Shown here piece by piece: positions 57,541 through 64,000 of a DNA stretch of 64,000 nucleotides (within the stretch, counting starts at the first letter, position 1; every line of letters begins with the position of its first letter). Under the pieces are notes generated by a model. The model worked only from the letters and a program-made list of their open reading frames with translations, made no database searches and was not told the DNA's origin. The stretch is from Flavobacteriales bacterium (GTDB lineage: Bacteria > Bacteroidota > Bacteroidia > Flavobacteriales_D > Crocinitomicaceae). Location: the NCBI GenBank assembly GCA_947500875.1, contig CANMUN010000007.1, forward strand, positions 2,244 through 66,243. Direction: 5' to 3'. A program made the position numbers and the translations under genes.

Positions 57541-60500
57541 TTAACAATGATTTTTTTAAGGGCATCAATAAGTGCTGCCTTGGATACATTCTTTTGATCC
57601 TTTTCTAACAGTGATTGAATCTGCTTGCTTAGCGATTGAATCGTTTTTTCTTCCGCTTGATTTACAAAAATGTTTTCATTGATTTTGTCGCTTGCGTCAC
57701 CGTTTAGTATGGAAATCTGGTACGCATTTCCAGTGGAGGAACCTTGCAACTTATTTAAGTCAATTAAATTGTTCAAGTCATCCAATAGCGCTTTTAAATT
57801 ATCAATAAATACAGGGATGTCTTCATCAGTGCATTTGTCCAATTTTTTACCTAAAACGGCATCGCAAATGGATTCCCAGTAAGCTTTCTTAATATCGAGG
57901 GGCGAAGTTAGTCGCGTTAGTAATAGCTTTAATTGAGGGTTCAGAATTCGATTTTTATTGATGGTTCCAAATCGATCTAAAATAGCTGATTTTAATACGT
58001 CAAAAGATTCAGCTTCTATGGTTAAATGATGACTTATTTCCTGCTCAATAGATTCAATGAGTACATCATATGCGGTTCTAATTTCGCGAATCGCTTGTTT
58101 CAAGGATGTAATGAATTCAACTGAATTATCTTTTCTACTTAATTCCTCAAAATAACCCAGAGCCTCTGGTATTTGGGAGAAAAGAGCTGATTCTGGGTCC
58201 TTCGCATGTGCAATCGCTTGCCGAACACCAATTCCTTCCTTGGACAAGTTCTTTGTTTTTTTACTATAGTCATCAAGTCCCCTGTAAAACCTCAAGAAAT
58301 TTCCATAAATCGAAATATAACTTGATTGCAGTCCTTTAACATTGGTTTCATTAAAGCCTACCATTTCTTTGTAGGAATCTAAATAACTGACATTAATTCC
58401 CTTCGAGGAAAGGCCTTTGATGAAGTACTTTTTCGGGTGTTTATAAACAAGGTCCAATACTTCAGGAGTTATCTGGGGGATATACTCACCATCATCGTAA
58501 TATAATGAATACTCTTCCTTTTGAATAATCATGAAAATGGGTATCCAATAGTCTAGAAATCCTTTTTTCAAACCAAAAGGTTTTTCTTTCAGTACATCGT
58601 ACAAATCTTGAACTGAAGTTTTCCGATTAGTCGAGTCTTCTAAAAGTACTCTGCTTTGATTCCATAATTTAGAAAAACTGGCATCTAGAGGTTCAAAAAA
58701 ACCAACGCGTTCTCCTTCTTTTCTGTGAATTCCAGTTTGTTTGAGTAGGGATAAATAAATGGTTTTTTCTGGTGGAAATTTTGAAGGTTCAAATCCTAAG
58801 TCAATCAAATCGCCATGTTCAATGATTGCTTTGATGAGTTGTTTTCTAGCGGTTAATATTGGCGTTGAAATCGTATTTCTGTTAACCATTTCATTCTTGT
58901 AGATAGGAGCATCATTAAACCAAGAAATACACAGTACGCTTATAATTTTATTTAAATCTGTAATTGAATTTACATTGGTTTTTTCTCCGTTTACAAACCA
59001 CTCAAAATGTCCAAGTGAGAAAGACTTTTCTTCAAAATATGCATTAATTAAATCAATCCGATGAGAAATATCCTCATTGATGATTCTTAGAGCGGGCTTG
59101 TCATCCAGATATTTAACCTGGATATTCATTAATTTCTCAAGCTCAATTAGGTTGTATTTTACCGAATTATCTTTTTTAGCCGAGGCAATTACAAGAGGTT
59201 TTATGCTCGATTTTATGGTGCTTAATTCTGATTCAGTTAGATCTTCAAATAAATAAATTATTTCACCATCGTAATTACTGTTTAAGTCTAGTAACTCTGT
59301 TTTGTCTTTGAAAACACAATTAAAAATCCTTGGAATACCATTGGTATAATAAGCCCGTTTGGCGAAAATACGTGGCAAGATTATGAGTTCCTTTAAGCGG
59401 GAAATCACATTGAAATCATGATCTATTTGATTGTTTGCAAGTACTAACTCTTCCTCGAGATTTAAATCTGTAGCTTCTTTGAAAATGTATCTATTTTTTA
59501 CCCTTGAGTAAACGATAATATTTGAACTTTCTAATAATGCTATTAATTCAATGCTATTGTGGAATTTTCCTGTCGCCTTAAAATACTTTTCTATAAAGGT
59601 TTTGTCAAGTATACAAGCGTTGTTAGCGAAAATCGAGGTTATACAAATGAATTTAATGATGGAGGACAATTCATGGTAGTTGGAGCTAAATTCAATTTCT
59701 ATACGGTCATTAATTTTCAATGCAGCTTGCCAAATGGATTTATTTGAATTCCGAATAGGATCTTCAATAGCTGAGTAATGGTATTTTATCAGATAATCAA
59801 AAATATTTTCTATGGTGAATATTTCGTGGTTTTTAATAAAACCATAGCAATAATCGGAATCCAAAAATCCAAAAAGTGATCTTTCATTTTGGCCATATTT
59901 TTGCAAACTTTTGGTAAGTAATTCGGCTGCAAAGGGGTCAAGTGGATATAAAAGCTCAAGTTCTTTCTGCTGTTTTTTATTTTTGACTTGAATAGCGCGA
60001 TGTTGCGCCAACAAATCAAATAAAGGGTTTAAGTCCTTTTTATTTCGAATCCTCTTTGCTCCAAGTTTTTGGGCGGCGAAAAATAGCAATTGCTCAATTG
60101 GCTCATCAAATGGAATTTCCATCATTCGGCCTTGTACCTTCTCCCATTCTGAACGCTGTGCTACGCTCAGGTTGTGAGCGTAAGCGTTTATGTTTTGATG
60201 GAGTGTAGTAATAAAAAGTACATTTCTCAAGGGGTCATTTAAAAATTCACAAAGCTCCTGAATGAAATACATTTCTTCGGGATTTTTCTGTGCAATGAAC
60301 TCTAAATGCTTACCAAATTCATCTACAATAATTACAAGACCAATGTGTTTATCATTCAACTCCTCTAAGAGAAAATTGAAATTCTTCAATATTACTTTAT
60401 TCGTAGCGTCAATATATGTTGTTAATCCGAAATGTTCGCAGAAAGTAGCTTTAAATGAAATTGATTCACCTATAATCTTAACAAATTGATATTGATTGGA

Positions 60501-60755
60501 AATGTCTTGTTTGTTATTAAAGAAGAAGTTTTCTTGCAGGTGCTGTTCAAATGCCCAGAGAAAAGTTGATTTTCCAGTGCCGTAAGATCCAATCAAAGTG
60601 AAGCAATTTTGGCCTCGCTCGTGATTGTAAATAACTCGTTCAAATACTGCATTTGAATTGGCTGTAGGGATAAAATCTATGTCTTTGTCTTGATCCCTAA
60701 TAATATTGGTAGAAACAAGCATAGTTTTATTCATAGTGTAAACGTAATATTTCAA
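57537..60755 (-). CDS. sspC: large P-loop ATPase (SspC-like)
   Basis: N-terminal Walker A LIGSYGTGKST and Walker B-like LVIIVDEFGKH. The 1072-aa protein sits between the DUF4007 and PAPS-reductase genes. The start may be one of the internal Mets (60734 or 60722), which would reduce the overlap with sspB. Confidence 0.8.
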   Translation of the reverse strand: MKYYVYTMNKTMLVSTNIIRDQDKDIDFIPTANSNAVFERVIYNHERGQNCFTLIGSYGTGKSTFLWAFEQHLQENFFFNNKQDISNQYQFVKIIGESISFKATFCEHFGLTTYIDATNKVILKNFNFLLEELNDKHIGLVIIVDEFGKHLEFIAQKNPEEMYFIQELCEFLNDPLRNVLFITTLHQNINAYAHNLSVAQRSEWEKVQGRMMEIPFDEPIEQLLFFAAQKLGAKRIRNKKDLNPLFDLLAQHRAIQVKNKKQQKELELLYPLDPFAAELLTKSLQKYGQNERSLFGFLDSDYCYGFIKNHEIFTIENIFDYLIKYHYSAIEDPIRNSNKSIWQAALKINDRIEIEFSSNYHELSSIIKFICITSIFANNACILDKTFIEKYFKATGKFHNSIELIALLESSNIIVYSRVKNRYIFKEATDLNLEEELVLANNQIDHDFNVISRLKELIILPRIFAKRAYYTNGIPRIFNCVFKDKTELLDLNSNYDGEIIYLFEDLTESELSTIKSSIKPLVIASAKKDNSVKYNLIELEKLMNIQVKYLDDKPALRIINEDISHRIDLINAYFEEKSFSLGHFEWFVNGEKTNVNSITDLNKIISVLCISWFNDAPIYKNEMVNRNTISTPILTARKQLIKAIIEHGDLIDLGFEPSKFPPEKTIYLSLLKQTGIHRKEGERVGFFEPLDASFSKLWNQSRVLLEDSTNRKTSVQDLYDVLKEKPFGLKKGFLDYWIPIFMIIQKEEYSLYYDDGEYIPQITPEVLDLVYKHPKKYFIKGLSSKGINVSYLDSYKEMVGFNETNVKGLQSSYISIYGNFLRFYRGLDDYSKKTKNLSKEGIGVRQAIAHAKDPESALFSQIPEALGYFEELSRKDNSVEFITSLKQAIREIRTAYDVLIESIEQEISHHLTIEAESFDVLKSAILDRFGTINKNRILNPQLKLLLTRLTSPLDIKKAYWESICDAVLGKKLDKCTDEDIPVFIDNLKALLDDLNNLIDLNKLQGSSTGNAYQISILNGDASDKINENIFVNQAEEKTIQSLSKQIQSLLEKDQKNVSKAALIDALKKIIVK

Positions 60756-61587
60756 TAGGTGTTAATTCTGGAGAAACTTGGACCTCGTATCTTCCAGCAT
60801 CTTCCTTTTTCGTTAAATAACCTAACGATTCTAATTGATTTAATTTGCTTTCAGTACCTTCTCGGTTGCACAAGAATAATTCTGAAACTTCATTCTGAAT
60901 GTCAAGAATAGATATCGAAGCAGAAGCTGGGAATTTCACTTTAATTGCATACAGTAAAATCTCAGGTGGTAATGATTCTTTTGTATTGTAATTAAATTTC
61001 AAGACCGGTTCATTGTCAATATATACTTGTTCTAGTTCTTGAATAAGATTTATCTCAGTAAACAAGGTAGTGGTATCTTCTTCAATCGACTTAATATTGA
61101 TTTTGGTAGACCTCAAGTAATTCTTGATAAATACTTTTGCATCAGTAGAGAGGGTTGTTTGACTTATAGAAATGTTATTTCGCAAACAATAGCGAATTAA
61201 AAAATCCGAAAATTGGGTTAAAGTAAATTCATTTCCAATTTTTGATTTACGAAATTCTGTAAAACCTAGTTTATAAATAGACGAGTAATTGGTGTTTAAT
61301 AAATGAAAATGAAGGAGCCATATTGTTCCGAGGTCCTCTAAGTACGGATCAAATCCAGATTCATTAAGTAATGCCTTTGACCAATCAGAAACGCCATCTT
61401 CATCTTCCAATCCAATTGCCTTCACCCAATGTGATATTGAGGCAACCATGTTTTTACCAACCCCTAATTCAATTAACGCGTCATTCGATTTAAAATCACG
61501 ATTATTTGTAATGAAATCAAACCCTTTTTTTATCCAGAATGATTTGCAATGAAAAGTTTCGTGACCAGAAAATCTAAAATTTGACAT
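60727..61587 (-). CDS. sspB: DUF4007-family protein (SspB-like)
   Basis: The N-terminal signature FRFSGHETFHCKSFWIKKGFDF is, as I recall it, the DUF4007 hallmark. It is the first gene of the four-gene minus-strand operon. Confidence 0.8.
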   Translation of the reverse strand: MSNFRFSGHETFHCKSFWIKKGFDFITNNRDFKSNDALIELGVGKNMVASISHWVKAIGLEDEDGVSDWSKALLNESGFDPYLEDLGTIWLLHFHLLNTNYSSIYKLGFTEFRKSKIGNEFTLTQFSDFLIRYCLRNNISISQTTLSTDAKVFIKNYLRSTKINIKSIEEDTTTLFTEINLIQELEQVYIDNEPVLKFNYNTKESLPPEILLYAIKVKFPASASISILDIQNEVSELFLCNREGTESKLNQLESLGYLTKKEDAGRYEVQVSPELTPIEILRLHYE

Positions 61588-61714
61588 AGTTTCAAAATTA
61601 CATTGATTTATTATGTGTTAATTTGAAAAAATCACATCAACATGTAAAAGTTTTACACAAATTTCACTCGTAAAATCCTATTCTATTTACGTTCAGTCTT
61701 CCTTCGATTTATTT

Positions 61715-62521
61715 TCACACCATCCCCTCCACGGGCCTCAGGTCGTTTACTTCTACTTCGAGCACGTAGCGGTCGAGTTTGGTATGGTATCGCGTAAAGG
61801 GTGCAATCAGGGGATAGCGGTCTTTAAGCAGCAGGAAGTCTTTAAAGGTCAATTCCAAGCGCAGTGGGTATTTATTACCGGAAAAGGCAAAGCCAAAGAC
61901 ATCGGGAATTTGTTGTTCATGGAGTGTTTCGTATTTAAATAAAGTTCCGGTAAATTCTACCGCTCCAATGCGGTCAATGTTATAGGTTTTATTTTTTTGG
62001 GTACTTGGTTCAAAGGCCATCACGGTGTGGTAGTTTTCGGTGAAGCCAAAGGGTTCCACGAGGCGGTCGGAGATGCTTTCGGAGTTGATGGATTGGTATT
62101 TTTTGAGTACCACTTGTTCTTTATTCATCATGGCCTTCGTGAGGCGTTCCACGGCTTTCCCGTTCTTGGCATGGAGCAGGTGGGTGGCCACCATCGGGAG
62201 TTCAGAACTCATATAGATTTTGCTGAGCAAGGAATCCTTCAATTTGGAAGATTTTCCGGTACTTAACACGAGTGCTTTCAGGAGATCGGCCTCTTCTGGC
62301 GTAAAATAAATGCCATCGGTAGGCTGCTGTTCAATGTAGTAGCGCTGGTTGTGGTCTTTATGGAGATCAAACCCACATTCTCGGAGCAGGTCGAGGTAGC
62401 GATACACGGTACGTTCGGTGGAGTCGAGAAAAGTAGCGAGTTGGTTAATGGTTTTATGGGGAGTTTCTTGCAGGTAGCTAATGAGTTGCAGCACGCGCAA
62501 GATCTTGCGTTGGTTAAGCAT
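61715..62521 (-). CDS. HTH + WYL domain transcriptional regulator (YafY/BrxR-like)
   Basis: N-terminal wHTH (ILRVLQLISYLQ...INQLATFLDSTERTVYRYLDLLRECGF) and a WYL-like core (KTYNIDRIGAVE). The start is taken at the internal Met (MLNQRK). Confidence 0.8.
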   Translation of the reverse strand: MLNQRKILRVLQLISYLQETPHKTINQLATFLDSTERTVYRYLDLLRECGFDLHKDHNQRYYIEQQPTDGIYFTPEEADLLKALVLSTGKSSKLKDSLLSKIYMSSELPMVATHLLHAKNGKAVERLTKAMMNKEQVVLKKYQSINSESISDRLVEPFGFTENYHTVMAFEPSTQKNKTYNIDRIGAVEFTGTLFKYETLHEQQIPDVFGFAFSGNKYPLRLELTFKDFLLLKDRYPLIAPFTRYHTKLDRYVLEVEVNDLRPVEGMV

Positions 62522-62605
62522 GGGGTAGGGTTTGTGGCAAAGAACAAAAAAAGGATTTAATCCCACAACTTTTTGACCCGAGCTGTCAGGGGAAAATTTG
62601 GAAAA

Positions 62606-62628
62606 CCTCTGGGTGCGCCCTTCGATTT
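62606..62628. repeat. intergenic repeat, copy C (partial)
   Basis: CCTCTGGGTGCGCCCTTCGATTT is identical over 23 nt to 47179-47201, the left arm of copy B. Confidence 0.8.
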
Positions 62629-62629
62629 A

Positions 62630-62661
62630 CTCCGGGTGTGGGTTTAAACCCACACCCGGAG
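62630..62661. repeat. 32-nt perfect palindrome
   Basis: CTCCGGGTGTGGGTTT | AAACCCACACCCGGAG was checked base by base. It sits between two minus-strand genes, directly abutting repeat copy C. Confidence 0.9.
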
Positions 62662-62685
62662 GAGACACACTAAACAATCGAATAA

Positions 62686-63378
62686 TTAATAATTCAAAAT
62701 TTTAGTGATTTTCTCTTCCACAATGGGCATGCGCTCCTCGAGCATAATGGGGTGAATATGTGCCATTAAAAGCTCTGTTAGCATTCCTTGTTGGATTATT
62801 TCGTTCAGTTGATGTTTGATAAAATTGGAAATATCTACTTCTGCTTTAGCGATCTCTTCAACGATCTTTATGCGGTTGTCGATAATATAAATAATGTCCT
62901 CGATGTCATGACTGGTTCTATAATCTGAACCTCTGTCATTAAAGGCTTCAAACTTGGTTGCTAAATAGCATGGGGCAGCCAGAATTTGAATTTCTTGTTC
63001 TTTTGCCATAGCAGTCCATAGATTTTTAAACCCAATTTTGTACCATCGGTTTGCTGAACCTAAGGGTCCATCTTCTGCAGCCATTATATCTACCGGGATA
63101 TCTTTATACTTGAAACTACATATTGCATGACCATAAGGATCGGGATGAAAGCCAAGTGATGCCAATTTCTCATTGATTTGTTGCCAGTGATTTAAATTGA
63201 CAATGTTCAAGGTCATATCTATGTCCTTCGTTGGGCGAATTTCATCTGCTGCAGGATCATCCGTATATAGACTAACCACTGCACCGCCAACGAATACAAT
63301 TTCTTTTTTTAATTCACCCAATGCTTTTGCAACTTCTGCAACTACTCCGATATTGATGATTTTATTTTCCAAGGTCAA
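62686..63378 (-). CDS. nucleotidyltransferase-fold protein (AbiEii-like candidate toxin)
   Basis: N-terminal NTase-like pattern VFVGGAVVSLY...RPTKDIDMTL, matching GG...DxD. It has a 17-nt overlap with the upstream wHTH gene. Confidence 0.5.
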   Translation of the reverse strand: MTLENKIINIGVVAEVAKALGELKKEIVFVGGAVVSLYTDDPAADEIRPTKDIDMTLNIVNLNHWQQINEKLASLGFHPDPYGHAICSFKYKDIPVDIMAAEDGPLGSANRWYKIGFKNLWTAMAKEQEIQILAAPCYLATKFEAFNDRGSDYRTSHDIEDIIYIIDNRIKIVEEIAKAEVDISNFIKHQLNEIIQQGMLTELLMAHIHPIMLEERMPIVEEKITKILNY

Positions 63379-63895
63379 ATCGCTTTTTAAGTGCTACAAT
63401 GGCAATTTCTTTTTCTCTTGCTCTTCCAACTCGTAAAGCATCAGTTAATGCAAGAAGTTCGTGTAATTTCAGATCTTTTAAAGCTGCTTCGGGTACAGTT
63501 GGATATAACGGAATAATGCTATGTCCGCGAACGGTTCCTTTACCGTATGGCCAAACATAAATTTCATTACTCTGAATTTCTGCATTCAAGGGTGCTGCTG
63601 CATGAGAAGTTGGAATCCCCCTTACTATTGCCCCAGGTTGTTGTGGGAACGTATAACGCAGTCCATATTGCAAAAACTCAATGAATGCCATCTTCATTAC
63701 CGTTTTACCATCAGGAGCTAATAGTCCTGAAAATTTGCAACGCGCAACTGCTTCGCTGACTTCCGACTGGCTCAAACTTAACGATTCTGCCATAGGTTTT
63801 TGATTCCATGAAGGGTTATTGTCGCTTACTATTTTAAGTAATAGCACCACGTCTTGTGGTTTTAAATGTTGACGTTGAGTTTTCATTTTAATCAA
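63362..63895 (-). CDS. winged-helix DNA-binding protein (candidate antitoxin/regulator)
   Basis: HTH-like segment (KPMAESLSLSQSEVSEAVARCKFSGLL). It lies upstream of and overlaps the NTase gene. Palindromic sites lie immediately 5' of it. Confidence 0.5.
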   Translation of the reverse strand: MIKMKTQRQHLKPQDVVLLLKIVSDNNPSWNQKPMAESLSLSQSEVSEAVARCKFSGLLAPDGKTVMKMAFIEFLQYGLRYTFPQQPGAIVRGIPTSHAAAPLNAEIQSNEIYVWPYGKGTVRGHSIIPLYPTVPEAALKDLKLHELLALTDALRVGRAREKEIAIVALKKRFDLGK

Positions 63896-63896
63896 T

Positions 63897-63918
63897 ATTG
63901 CGTATCGCGATATGCAAT
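63897..63918. promoter_or_regulatory. operator-like 22-nt palindrome abutting the wHTH gene start
   Basis: ATTGCGTATCG|CGATATGCAAT has one mismatch between the arms. It begins 2 nt upstream of the start codon at 63895. Confidence 0.5.
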
Positions 63919-63960
63919 ATTAAGAATTAAAATTCAATTATACAAGGAGATAGGAGTTAA

Positions 63961-63986
63961 ATATCGCGTATTGCGATACGCGATAT
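63961..63986. promoter_or_regulatory. operator-like inverted repeat (11-bp arms, 4-nt spacer)
   Basis: ATATCGCGTAT-TGCG-ATACGCGATAT has perfect arms. It shares the TATCGCG/CGCGATA core with the site at 63897-63918. Confidence 0.5.
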
Positions 63987-64000
63987 AGGTGTAAAGTATT

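Noticed and set aside
1-64000. CRISPR arrays, rRNA, tRNA, integrase/transposase genes and prophage structural genes.
   Set aside because: I scanned the intergenic regions and the ORF translations. No regularly spaced direct repeats, no recombinase motifs and no RNA gene signatures were seen. The island is therefore not called a mobile element.

Overview
The window looks like a chromosomal segment from a Bacteroidota genome, probably Flavobacteriia- or Cytophagia-like. The taxon call rests on T9SS type A and type B C-terminal sorting domains, a PorP/SprF gene, lipoprotein signals and dense gene packing. No rRNA, tRNA, CRISPR array, integrase or transposase was seen.

Positions 1-30.7 kb are ordinary core genome: rpe, an L,D-transpeptidase, a rhomboid protease, kdsC, secA, guaA, hemF, a thiolase, a GlcD-like oxidase and a T9SS adhesin/PorP-SprF/OmpA cluster with further secreted T9SS cargo.

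From about 30.8 kb to the end the window is a multi-system defence island:

- **30.8-39.3 kb (main candidate for something undescribed).** A tight five-gene operon closed by a strong terminator. It encodes a small protein carrying a ribosomal bL12 (L7/L12) C-terminal domain. It also encodes a 1420-aa retron-type reverse transcriptase (NAxxH, YSDD and VTG motifs) fused to FISUMP/DUF1566-like, leucine-rich-repeat and DUF4116-like regions. The other three genes are a separate LRR protein, a MoxR-type AAA+ ATPase, and a DUF2201-type HExxH-metallopeptidase/VWA protein. A structured roughly 180-nt non-coding tail follows.
- **40.3-43.8 kb.** Two tandem DUF262 (GmrSD-like) genes.
- **45.2-47.3 kb.** A Bro-N/Fic gene and a RhuM-like gene bracketed by inverted copies of an intergenic repeat.
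- **48.1-61.7 kb.** A visibly AT-rich block carrying an SspABCD-SspE DNA phosphorothioation system plus a GHKL-ATPase/SF2-helicase/PLD-nuclease trio (SspFGH-like).
- **61.7-64.0 kb.** A WYL regulator, then a wHTH/nucleotidyltransferase pair with palindromic operator-like sites.

All functional calls come from reading motifs in the supplied translations. No database search was run.
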